A DNA stretch of 63,977 nt, counting the filler, from Lama guanicoe (lineage: Eukaryota), in assembly GCA_013239625.1 (NCBI GenBank). It is 98 parts of 98 records of this genome, joined end to end, with 100 filler letters (N's around TTAATTAATTAA, not from the genome) between each part and the next. Parts side by side here need not be neighbours in the genome. Positions count along the whole stretch, not along the records: positions 1 to 986 come from PNXV01027894.1; positions 1,087 to 1,553 come from PNXV01027895.1; positions 1,654 to 2,126 come from PNXV01027897.1; positions 2,227 to 2,577 come from PNXV01027898.1; positions 2,678 to 3,371 come from PNXV01027899.1; positions 3,472 to 4,259 come from PNXV01027900.1; positions 4,360 to 4,819 come from PNXV01027901.1; positions 4,920 to 5,726 come from PNXV01027902.1; 90 more parts are not named here. The stretch is one strand, 5' to 3'. Positions 1-10,830 of the stretch are shown piece by piece. The position numbers and the translations under genes are program-made. The notes beneath the pieces were generated by a model. The model was not told the DNA's origin. It did no database searches and saw nothing but the letters and a program-made list of their open reading frames with translations. The first letter of the stretch is position 1; every line of letters begins with the position of its first letter.

Positions 1-900
1 GTACTGCCATTTATCTATATTTATATTTTTATGGCAATATCATATTTTTATATTGCTTTGTGTTCATATGAAATTTGAAAACATGAAGCTCTATCTTTGG
101 CTTTCTCTTTTCAAGTTTGTTTTGTCTTTTTGGGGTCTCTAAGATTATATACGAATGTTAAAATCAACTTTTTTGTTTGTTCCAAAATTGTCATAGAAAT
201 TACGTTGTCTCCCTAGATCGCTTTGGGCACTCATGCCATATTTAGTTTTGTTATCAACATGGGATGGCTTCCTTTTTTTTCCTAAGATTTTATTTCACTT
301 CTTTTAGTGGTGTCATTTCCATTTTCATTTACTGGTCTTGCACCTTGATTAAAGTGACTGTTAACTATTTTAGTAATATTGACATCATGTAAAATGCAAT
401 TCTCTTAAATTCTTGAGATTGTTCATTGTTAATGTGTCCATGTAGACAAATTTTGATTCATTGATACTTTGTATGTCTACTTGCTGAAGTATTTCAGTTG
501 CTCACAGTTTAAAAATTGAGCTAGTCAATGAATTGCTCATGCTTTCAAGATGTATATGTAAAATGATGTCAACTGCGTCTGTGAATAGACGTCCTTTAAA
601 TGTAACAATTTTATGTTTATTCTCTTTCATCCTGGATTTGCCTGGAATTTCCTGTGCAATAGTGAATAACAGAGGTGAAAGGAAATCTCTGGGCCTTGTT
701 CCAGATGATTTACATTGACTGTGCATTTTTTATTCTGCTTTGTATCATACCGAATAATTTGTTCCTAGTCCTGTTTTCACGAGTGTTTATGCCATGAAGT
801 AGGAGTGGAATTTGTTTAAAGCCTGTGGTGAATCAAGTGGATGGGATGATGTGATTTTTCTGTATTGTACAATTGTTGTTTATCACATTGCTTAGCTTTA
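1..900 (-). mobile_element. Old LINE-1 (L1M) ORF2 reverse-transcriptase remnant
   Basis: Minus ORF 502..726 reads GTRPRDFLSPLLFTIAQEI...LFTD, a decayed L1 RT motif (GTRQGCPLSPLLFNIVLEV...LFADD); flanks resemble antisense L1 ORF2. Confidence 0.8.
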
Positions 901-986
901 TGTAATAATTTATGACATTGCTTGGTTTACAATGTTTAAAGTGGATTATCTGCTTTGGAGACATTTGCAGGAGATGCATACTCATT

Positions 987-1086
987 NNNNNNNNNNNNNN
1001 NNNNNNNNNNNNNNNNNNNNNNNNNNNNNNTTAATTAATTAANNNNNNNNNNNNNNNNNNNNNNNNNNNNNNNNNNNNNNNNNNNN
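987..1086. other. Artificial contig linker N44-TTAATTAATTAA-N44 (first of ~97 identical copies)
   Basis: Exactly 100 bp and the same at every junction; the palindromic 12-mer puts TAA in all six frames. Confidence 0.99.
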
Positions 1087-1653
1087 TCACATTAAATGTG
1101 ATAGTCATTCTATTTGAGATTTCAGAAGTTTTGAGCTTGAAAATCTGTTACACAGAAATATTACCAACAGTATCATACCAAAGTCCAAAAGAGAAACTCT
1201 CATCAGATGGACCCACCCTGAGTTTGGAAGAAATGACGCTAAGTGCCATCACATGATTAGCTTCTGATCAGCTGAATAGATGTACAGGGCAACATTAAGG
1301 GCTATTCAAAAAATAACAACCTATTATTTGAAGGAAAGCATTCCATACATGTGAATACAAAGTTTGAAATCTTAGTAAAGACAGTCTAAAAGTAGAATAG
1401 GAAAACTCAGAAATTTTTATAAGGGCATCCAAATGTCTTAACGGAAATCAAGGGAAAGGATGCAGACAGGTGGGCCCACAAGCTGACTCCAAGTCGAGTC
1501 AGAGCTTGCTTTCTGTCACCTGCCTCCTTCCCTCTCTCTGTGCTGACTGCATTNNNNNNNNNNNNNNNNNNNNNNNNNNNNNNNNNNNNNNNNNNNNTTA
1601 ATTAATTAANNNNNNNNNNNNNNNNNNNNNNNNNNNNNNNNNNNNNNNNNNNN

Positions 1654-2126
1654 CACACACTTATCTCTCAGAACTGAGCATGTGGAGAGACGTTCGATCA
1701 TTTGGCAAAAAAGAACGGGTTGCAAGAGAAACACTTACTGTGTTTGATCAGTCTGTATCCTAGTGCCGGTTTGAAGTTCCTGCAGTTGTCACTGTAAAAC
1801 CGATTTGGTGCTTGTACCTCCCCATATACATGTATGGATTGGACTTGGCAACTGAAAAGAAACTTTGTGTTCCCTTCAAGCTAGGTGAAAGACGGCTTTC
1901 ACACACACTTATCTCTCAGAACTGAGCATGTGGAGAGACGTTCGATCATTTGGCAAAAAAGAACGGGTTGCAAGAGAAACACTTACTGTGGTTTCTCAGG
2001 CAGTTTCCTAGTGCCGGTTTGAAGTTCCTGCAGTTGTCACTGTAAAACCGATTTGGTGCTTGTACCTCCCCATATACATGTATGGATTGGACTTGGCAAC
2101 TGAAAAGAAACTTTGTGTTCCCTTCA
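1654..2126. repeat. Satellite family A, ~248-bp monomer, ~1.9 copies
   Basis: TTATCTCTCAGAACTGAGCATGTGGAGAGACG at 1661 and 1909 (period 248); monomers nearly identical. Confidence 0.95.
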
Positions 2127-2677
2127 NNNNNNNNNNNNNNNNNNNNNNNNNNNNNNNNNNNNNNNNNNNNTTAATTAATTAANNNNNNNNNNNNNNNNNN
2201 NNNNNNNNNNNNNNNNNNNNNNNNNNTGGAAATCATATCTATTAAACTTTTTAAAGGCAGCAAATGAGATATCAAAACAACGTAAAAACTGGAGTCTTCG
2301 GAAAGTCCCTCCCACCACGGCTGTATAGAAACAAAGAGCTAAACAAAAGTCACATATCTGGGAAGTGTATCTGGAAAGTGGTGATTCCTCGAGCCCGGTT
2401 GACAGAGAAGCAGTGCAAACTGCGCTCACTCGCTCCCATGTACACATCAATGGAAACATCCACTCACCCAGCCCATGGCACAGGACACTTGCCGAAGTGA
2501 GGTCTGTTATTTCCAAAGACAGCATAAAGCCTCAGAATCCCTGGAAGCAGGAGAAGGCAAAGCAGGGAATGGAAACCNNNNNNNNNNNNNNNNNNNNNNN
2601 NNNNNNNNNNNNNNNNNNNNNTTAATTAATTAANNNNNNNNNNNNNNNNNNNNNNNNNNNNNNNNNNNNNNNNNNNN

Positions 2678-3371
2678 GCAGAATCAAACCTGGGCTTATG
2701 ACATGTTGCAAGGGAGACCAAATGCCGCGGGAAACAATGGGGTATCTCACTAAGAGAATATTACGAAGGGACAGTTAGAGAATTGAGGCTTGGGTGACAT
2801 CACTTTGAGGAGGAATGGAGAAGGGTGTTTTGTGATTGCGTGTTGTGAGAAAGTGAGGGCAATTCTATGATTACACATCTTCATTTTTATCTGGGAGGTA
2901 GGTGGAATTGAGGGGGTTCAAGCTGTAACCGCTCAAGGAAATGACAGTCATTCATGTAGTGTGCTGAGTTGGATGCTTGGTTGCTTTTGTGATTTGCACA
3001 GTGTTCCTCTGTCTTCCTTTGCTCAGAAATGACTCAGCAATCTTGGTTTTGCTAACATTATCAGAGCGACCTTGGCTGATGTGGATGGATGTTCTATGAA
3101 ATTGCTTATATTAAGGAAGAAACAGCATAGCCTTGCCTTGAGGCCAGGTCAGTAACCAGCTAACAGCTGTCAGGATTTCTTCTTTTCTTTCTATTTAGGC
3201 CCCCTTGTCAGATTTCTTTTTTCCTCCCATAATGGAAGTATTTTAAAGCTTCGTCATGAAGTATGGTATTTGCTGTAATTTTCAGAGACACTTTTAAGAC
3301 TTTAAAGAAAACTGGCTTTTTTCTTCCTAAGAATTTTTATCACAGATGGGCATTACGCTAACCCATTACAG
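2678..3371. mobile_element. Possible ERV LTR/internal remnant
   Basis: General resemblance to ERV LTR sequence only; no diagnostic motif identified. Confidence 0.3.
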
Positions 3372-3471
3372 NNNNNNNNNNNNNNNNNNNNNNNNNNNNN
3401 NNNNNNNNNNNNNNNTTAATTAATTAANNNNNNNNNNNNNNNNNNNNNNNNNNNNNNNNNNNNNNNNNNNN

Positions 3472-4259
3472 CATCCTCCTCCTCCACATCCTCCTCCTCC
3501 TTCATCTCCTCTTCCACATCGTACTCCTCCTCCACCTCCTCCTCCTCTTCCTCCGCATCTTCCTCCTCCACATCCTCCTCCTCCTACATCTCCTCTTCCA
3601 CATCCTCCTCCTACTCCACATCCTATTCTTTCTCCATCTCCTCCTCCACCTCCTCCTCCTCCTCCACCTCCTCCTCCTCATCCTCCTCCTCCTCGACATC
3701 CTCCTCCTCCTCCTCCACATCCTCCTCCTCCTCCACATCCTCCTCCTCCTCCACATCCTCCTCCTCCTCCACATCCTCCTCCTCCTCCACATCCTCCTCC
3801 TCCTCCACATCCTCCTCCTCCTCCACATCCTCCTCCTCCTACATCTCCTCTTCCACATCCTCCTCCTACTCCACATCCTATTCTTTCTCCATCTCCTCCT
3901 CCACCTCCTCCTCCTCCTCCTCCTCCTCATCCTCCTCCTCCTCGACATCCTCCTCCTCCTCCTCCACATCCTCCTCCTCATCCTCCTCCTCAACCTCCTC
4001 CTCCTTCTCATCCTCCTCCTCCACTTCCTCCTCTTCCACATCCTCCTCCTCCTCCACATCCTCCTCATACTAATCCACTTCCATATCCTCCTCCACATTC
4101 TCCTCCTCCTCAACTTTCTCCTCCTCCTTCTCCTCCTCCAAATGCTCCTCCTCCCCTCCTCCTCCACCTCCACCTCCTCCTCCGCCTCCACCTCCTCCTC
4201 CTTCACCTCTTCCTCCACCTCCTCCTCCACTTCCTCCTCAACCTCCAACTCCTCCTCCA
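3472..4259. repeat. (CCT)n-based polypyrimidine/polypurine tract with 18-bp minisatellite
   Basis: Almost G-free plus strand; CACATCCTCCTCCTCCTC x~7 at 3716-3840; a longer block duplicated at 3586 and 3841. Confidence 0.95.
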
Positions 4260-4729
4260 NNNNNNNNNNNNNNNNNNNNNNNNNNNNNNNNNNNNNNNNN
4301 NNNTTAATTAATTAANNNNNNNNNNNNNNNNNNNNNNNNNNNNNNNNNNNNNNNNNNNNTTTGCACACGTGGTAATAGAGATCTGTATTTGGGAGAACTC
4401 CAGGCTTCATGTAGTCCCTGGTACAGAGTGCTCACTGAATTGATGCTTGAACTGAGAAAATAAGCACAGTAAATGTTGGAATTTCCACTATGGTTGAGAA
4501 TTCCAGGTTTCTATAACCTGTTTAGCCAAATTTAATATTGGCTGCACCCATACTGGGTAATTTGGTGGAATTTCATGGCATGCTGGTGTAGAGACGGGAA
4601 ATTGAATGCTGCTTCTCTTTCTGTTTTCTAACACTCATTATCCTGGGCCTTCCAGATCCTCCCCCAGAAGTGCCCAGGGCTGGCTTGGTGCTGCGCTGAG
4701 GCAATATTTGTTAATAAGACCCTTTCTTC

Positions 4730-4790
4730 ATCTCTTCTGGGCCTCCATTTCTTTCTCTGCACAATGAGGGGTTAGACTAGATAAGTGCTT
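4730..4790 (+). mobile_element. MIR SINE core fragment
   Basis: ctgggcctccatttctttctctgcacaatgaggggttagactagat resembles the MIR/MIR3 core. Confidence 0.6.
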
Positions 4791-4919
4791 TTCAGTTTCT
4801 TTTAAAGCCATGTTTCCTTNNNNNNNNNNNNNNNNNNNNNNNNNNNNNNNNNNNNNNNNNNNNTTAATTAATTAANNNNNNNNNNNNNNNNNNNNNNNNN
4901 NNNNNNNNNNNNNNNNNNN

Positions 4920-5160
4920 AAAAGACCACATATGTATGACTGCATTTATTGGAAATGTCTAAAATAGGCAAGTCAAAGAGAGACAGAATGTAGATTAGCG
5001 GTTACCTAGGGCTGGGTAGGCAGGGGCAGAATGACGGGTGACAGCTAAGGAGTATGGGTTTCTTTCCAGGGTGATGAAATTGTGCTGGAATTGATTGTGA
5101 TGATGGTTACACAGCTCTGAATATACTACAAACCGTTGACTTGTACACTTTAAGTGGGAA
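4920..5160 (+). mobile_element. LINE-1 (L1MB-like) 3' UTR fragment
   Basis: gtagattagcggttacctagggctgg...gtatgggtttctttccagggtgatgaaa...gatggttacacagctctgaatatacta is typical of L1MB 3' ends. Confidence 0.75.
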
Positions 5161-6520
5161 AATGAAGAAACAAAAAGAGATGAAAGGGGTTCACTGAAGT
5201 CGTTAGCAGGGGCGAGGAGCAGACAGTAGTAAACTTGGCTCTGGGCTGCTGGACATCAGTGGGATGGGTTTCTACTGGAAAAGGAAGAGAAAGAACGGAG
5301 CTGGTCCCCTTCTCTGAGATTATTCAGATAAGAGAAAACTCAGACCTTTGGTTTGGATGGTAATAAACAGCAGGAATTATCCTGACATCACAGATGGAGG
5401 GAACTTACACAATAGCAAATTATCTTTTGGACCATTGATATGCAGGACAGTTTAAGATATCCTCTTCCTCCAGGGAGGCTGCAGAGAGCAAGCTGCTCCA
5501 ACTGCCCATCCAGGCATGCAGACCTCACGGTTCAGCCCTTGCCTGTCATTTACAATTTTGTCAGGAAAGCATCATAGATAAACTGTATGAGTGGAAATAA
5601 AACACTGGGAATGAGACTAGGAGCTAGAGAGACGAACCTTGTGTGCTCCAGGGGTCTGCTAAGTGTCCCACAGCAATCAGGTAGTGTGGAAGGAGAGCCT
5701 GTCTCTGCTGGCCCCTGGGAGGAGAANNNNNNNNNNNNNNNNNNNNNNNNNNNNNNNNNNNNNNNNNNNNTTAATTAATTAANNNNNNNNNNNNNNNNNN
5801 NNNNNNNNNNNNNNNNNNNNNNNNNNGGGGTGAGGGAGGAGCGCTCAGGACCAGCCCGAGGGACACGAGCCCTCCAGGTGGAGGCGAGCCCATCCCAGAG
5901 ACAGGAGCCAGGAAGCGGAGGTCACAGAGGGAAGACAGAGGCCAGAAGACAGCAGAGCCACAAAGGTCAAGGGATGAGAGTGTGCCGAGAAGAAAAGGAG
6001 GGTCCAAGTGCCAAGGGCTGCCAATACGGCGTCCTAGAGCACGGAACGGAGCGCTGAGGTAGCGCTGGCTCGGGGAGGACAGTGTCGGGGAAAAGCTGGG
6101 GAGGCAGGCACAGTGTGTGTGTGGAAGCAAAACAGAAAGTTAACAAAGAATTCTGAAAGACGACTGAGTAACTGGTAGCAAACTAAAAAAGGCATGCCTC
6201 CGTGTTCACAGACACATCTATTATTACCACACATGTAAGCTTACACGTTTCCCTGTATTTCTGCTCCCTGCTGCCTAAGAAACGCTGGCTACTTAGACTA
6301 GGGCAGAACTAGCTCTTTCAAGTAGCTGGACTCAGTTGCCTACTGCACTATAAGCTTGAGAGTGAAGACTCTTACTTTTGAATTTTCCATAGTGTAGGAC
6401 TGAACCCATGGAAGGTGCTGNNNNNNNNNNNNNNNNNNNNNNNNNNNNNNNNNNNNNNNNNNNNTTAATTAATTAANNNNNNNNNNNNNNNNNNNNNNNN
6501 NNNNNNNNNNNNNNNNNNNN

Positions 6521-6991
6521 CTGAGGGTTTTCCTAATGTCTCTGTGCCAGGGAATGTTAGGGGCGTTTACAGGAAGTCCCAGGGAAAGAGACTGCCTCCC
6601 CAAGGCCAGAGAAGGTATTTCTCGGACTTCCCCGAACAGGGAACACCTGTGACTGAAGAGAGCTGCGTGGAGTTGTCTCTCGAATTCCCCACGCACTGAC
6701 AATGGTTCCGGAATCCTCACCGTGGGGGGGTTCCACCAAAGGTCGGCAGCGCGTGGGTTCTAACGGAATGCCTAAGCTCGTCTCCCCTGAGGGTTTTCCA
6801 AATGTCTCTGTGCCAGGGAATGCTAGGGGGGTTTGCAGGAAGTCCCAGTGACAGAGACTGCCTGTCAAAGTTCAGGGAATGTATTTCTCAGACTTCCCTG
6901 AACAGGGAAAACCTGTGACCGAAGAGAGCTGCGTGGAGTTGCCTCCTGAGCTCCCCCACGCACTGACAATGGTTCCGGAATCCTGAGCGTG
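6521..6991. repeat. Satellite family B (~267 bp), reverse orientation
   Basis: Reverse complement of the 7092-7824 monomer; ctgagggttttcc(t/a)aatgtctctgtgccagggaatg occurs twice. Confidence 0.95.
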
Positions 6992-7091
6992 NNNNNNNNN
7001 NNNNNNNNNNNNNNNNNNNNNNNNNNNNNNNNNNNTTAATTAATTAANNNNNNNNNNNNNNNNNNNNNNNNNNNNNNNNNNNNNNNNNNNN

Positions 7092-7824
7092 AACTCCACG
7101 CAGCTCTCTTCAGTCACAGGTGTTCCTTGTTATGGGGAATGCTGTGAAATACCTTCCCTGACGTTGGGAAGGCAGCCTCTGTCAGTGGGATTTCCTGCAA
7201 ACCCCCCTAGCATTCCCTGGCACAGAGACATTAGGAAAAAACCCAGGGGAGTCGAGCTTAGGCATTCCGTTAGAACCCACACGCTGCCGACCGTTGGTGG
7301 AACCTCCCCACGCTCAGGATTCCGGAACCATTTTCAGTGCGTCGGGTGCACGAGAGACAACTCCACGCAGCTCTCTTCAGTCACAGGTGTGCCCTGTTAG
7401 GGGGAATTCTGAGAAATACCTTCCCTGAACTTGGGCAGTCAGCCACTGTCACTGGGATTGCCTGCAAACCCAACTAGCATTTCCTGGCACAGAGACATTA
7501 GGAAAAAAACCAGGAGAGTCGAGCTTAGGCATTCAGTTAGAACCCACGCGCTGCCGAACTTTGGTGGAACCTCCCCATGCTCAGGATTCCGGAACTATTG
7601 TCAGTGCGTGGGGAGCTCGAGAGACAACTCCACGCAGCTCTCTTCAGTCACAGGTGTTCCCTGTTAGGGGGAATTCTGAGAAATACTTTCCCTGAACTTG
7701 GGGAGGCAGCCTTTGTCACTGGGTTTGCCTGCAAACAACCCTAGCATTCGCTGGCAGAGAGATATTAGGTAAAATCCCAGGGGAGTCGAGCTTAGGCATT
7801 CCGTTCGAACCCACACGCTGCCGA
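7092..7824. repeat. Satellite family B, 267-bp monomer, ~2.7 copies
   Basis: AACTCCACGCAGCTCTCTTCAGTCACAGG at 7092, 7359 and 7626 (period 267); ORFs 7164 and 7431 are offset by 267. Confidence 0.97.
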
Positions 7825-7924
7825 NNNNNNNNNNNNNNNNNNNNNNNNNNNNNNNNNNNNNNNNNNNNTTAATTAATTAANNNNNNNNNNNNNNNNNNNN
7901 NNNNNNNNNNNNNNNNNNNNNNNN

Positions 7925-8769
7925 TTCCATTAATCTGTGTGTCTGTCTCTTCACTAATACTGCATTGTCTTGATTACTGTAGCTTCATAGTAAGTTTTAA
8001 AAGCAGGTGGTATAATACCTCTGATTTATTATTTTCCAAATTTCTTTTATCTATTCTAGTTCAATCATCTTTCCATATACACATTAAAATCATCTTGTCT
8101 GTAACAACAGAAGTTCCTCCTAGGATCTGTGTGGCATTGTTCTATAGAGATCAATACTGTGAAAATTTAAAACTTTACTATATTGAGTCTTCCAATCCTT
8201 GAACACAGGATGGATTTCTTTTAATTTTTATCAGTTTTTCTAATGTTCAACATATATGTAGATCTTGCACATGTTTTGGTAAATTTATATCTATGTATAT
8301 ATTTTTATTTCTTTAGGAGAGCTAGTGTTAAGTGTCACTTAAAAAAAAAAACCTACCTTTGTTTCTAATGGTTTTAGTGTGCTGAAATAAGATTTTTTGC
8401 ATGTATGTGTTGACCTTCCATTTTGTGACTGCAAATAAACTGATTGATCCTTAGCAGATATTTAAAATAGATTCCCTGGGGTTTTCTACATTGAAAATCA
8501 GTTTCTGTAAATACAGTTTAATTTCTTCCTTTCCTATCTGTATATCTCTTTTTTTCCTTGCTATAATACACTGGCAAGGCCTTCTAGGGCATTCTTGAAT
8601 AGGAGTGATGAAGGTAAACATTTTTTTATTGTTCTCAATCTTAGGGGATGACAGTCTGTCTTTCAACGCAAAGAATGATGCTAGTGGTACTTTTTTTTCC
8701 CAACTTTTTCAAGTTGAGGGAATTCCCTTCAATTACTTGTCTTCTGATAGTTTTTGATGAATGAGTAGG
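7925..8769 (-). mobile_element. LINE-1 ORF2 (RT region) remnant
   Basis: Minus ORF 8451..8666 contains IQIGKEEIKL...ENP of L1 ORF2. Confidence 0.85.
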
Positions 8770-8869
8770 NNNNNNNNNNNNNNNNNNNNNNNNNNNNNNN
8801 NNNNNNNNNNNNNTTAATTAATTAANNNNNNNNNNNNNNNNNNNNNNNNNNNNNNNNNNNNNNNNNNNN

Positions 8870-9401
8870 TCTCCTGCAACCCGTTCCCTTTGTGCTGGGT
8901 GAACGAACGTTTCTCCACTTGCTCAGTTCAGAAAGTTAAGTATGTGAAAACCCTCCTTCACCTAGCTTGAAGGGAACACAAAGTTTTTTTCAGTTGCAAA
9001 CTCCACTCCATACATATATAAGGGCAGGTACAAGCTCCAACTCGGTTTTACAGTGAAAACCGCAGGAAAATCCAACCGTCACTAGGAAACACAGTGAGAA
9101 ACCCGAGTCAGTGTATCCCCTGCAACCCGTTCCCTTTGTGTTGGATGAACGAACGTCTCTCCACATGCTCAGTTCTGAGAGATAATTGTGTGTGAAAGCA
9201 GTCCTTCACCTAGCTTGAAGGGAACACAAAGTTTTTTTCAGTTGCAAACTCCACTCCATACATATATAAGGGCAGGTACAAGCTCCAACTCGGTTTTACA
9301 GTGAAAACCGCAGGAAAATCCAACCGTCACTAGGAAACACAGTGAGAAACCCGAGTCAGTGTATCCCCTGCAACCCGTTCCCTTTGTGTTGGATGAACGA
9401 A
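8870..9401. repeat. Satellite family A, opposite orientation to 1654
   Basis: TGCAACCCGTTCCCTTTGTG at 8875, 9121 and 9369 (periods 246/248). Confidence 0.95.
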
Positions 9402-9501
9402 NNNNNNNNNNNNNNNNNNNNNNNNNNNNNNNNNNNNNNNNNNNNTTAATTAATTAANNNNNNNNNNNNNNNNNNNNNNNNNNNNNNNNNNNNNNNNNNN
9501 N

Positions 9502-10061
9502 GGTACTGGTGAGTCGCTGGGGGCTCAGTGTGGACAAGCCTGAGAGTGAACAGCAACCACAGAGGGAACACAGTGCTGTGAGCTTGACCCCCAGGAGTCC
9601 AACCAGGAGTCCACAGTAAGTATTAGAGAAAACCCCCTGAAGCTTCTGGAGGATGGAGGATGGAGGGGGAGTTATACTGAAAAGACCCAGAACACGGTCC
9701 TTAATGCCGCCTCCCCCAGGGAGGACGCTAGGTAACCACAACCCAGACTGCTGGGGTTCTCACTGGAGCCTAACTGACCCCAGGGAAGCAAAACACCCAA
9801 CTCCAGCCAGCTCTAGCCGTCCTGTCCCTCCCATGGGGAGAGGAAGAAAGCAGATAACACTTGGGAAGTTCTCAGTCCAGGGGAAGAAGCTCAGTGAAAG
9901 ACTGAGACCTGATCTCAGGACCTTGGAGCACTTGCCGCCCCCGCACCTCACCTCCGCGTTACTAAAGGATTCCTCCAGCAGTTCCTTCCCCTCAGCACAT
10001 CATGCCTGGCCGTCAGAAAAGAATCACAAGGCACCAAAAGGCAAAAAACCACAACTGTAAG
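9502..10061 (+). mobile_element. Old LINE-1 5' region (L1MC-like 5' end)
   Basis: ggagcctaactgacc...cccaactccagccagctctagcc...aaagactgagacct...aatcacaaggca...aaaaggcaaaaaa matches my recollection of the L1MCa-type 5' end. Confidence 0.65.
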
Positions 10062-10289
10062 NNNNNNNNNNNNNNNNNNNNNNNNNNNNNNNNNNNNNNN
10101 NNNNNTTAATTAATTAANNNNNNNNNNNNNNNNNNNNNNNNNNNNNNNNNNNNNNNNNNNNTTAAAAGTAGTCATTATCAAATAAAAGTAATCATTTTAT
10201 TATATTAACCCCATAATGGTGCCAATTCATTAGGGGGAAAAAACCAATTTTAAGTATTTACTCATTTAATTAAAAAATACCTCAAAATA

Positions 10290-10830
10290 CTGGAAGCAAA
10301 AACTGACACAGCTGCAAAGAGAAATATGCAAATCTATGCAAAGACGTGTATACAGTATTCTATAGTCATTTTATATTTAATAGCCAAGAACTAGGAAGAA
10401 CCCGAAACTTTGTCAGCTGGTGAGCAGATAAACAAATTGGAGTATATTGATACAATGGAAAATTACTAATTAATAAAAAGAATGAACTATGACAACATAC
10501 CACCACATGGGTGAATTTCAAAATAGTTATTCAGAGCAAATTGATTCAGACTAGAAAGAGAACCTACTGTGTGATTCCATTTATGTAAGAGTCTACAAAG
10601 TTCAAACTAACCCAAAGTGAGGGATAACAGGTGCGGGGCCATCTTGGTGTGGAGCAGAGTGGTGAGGAGAGATGAAGACAGAAAGGAGAGATTACAAGGG
10701 GCAGCTGAAAACGTTTATGTGCGAGGCGTAATTTCTTATCTTGATTGTGGTTATGGTTTCATGCATATACAGATATGTTAAAAAAATCAGCAGTTTAAAC
10801 AGATATACAGTTTCTCTTATGCAATTAAAT
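10290..10830 (+). mobile_element. LINE-1 (L1ME-like) 3' end
   Basis: gataaacaaattggagtatatt...acaatggaa...acatgggtgaatttcaaaa...tactgtgtgattccatttatgtaa. Confidence 0.75.

Noticed and set aside
3502..4248. 248-aa Arg-rich protamine-like ORF
   Set aside because: An alternative reading of the GAG/AGG repeat, with a non-ATG start; low complexity explains the lack of stops.
6469..7667. Repeated ORFs in satellite B (also 23682-24278, 38651-39167) and in satellite A
   Set aside because: Frames and stops vary between monomers and there is no protein similarity; a by-product of tandem repetition.
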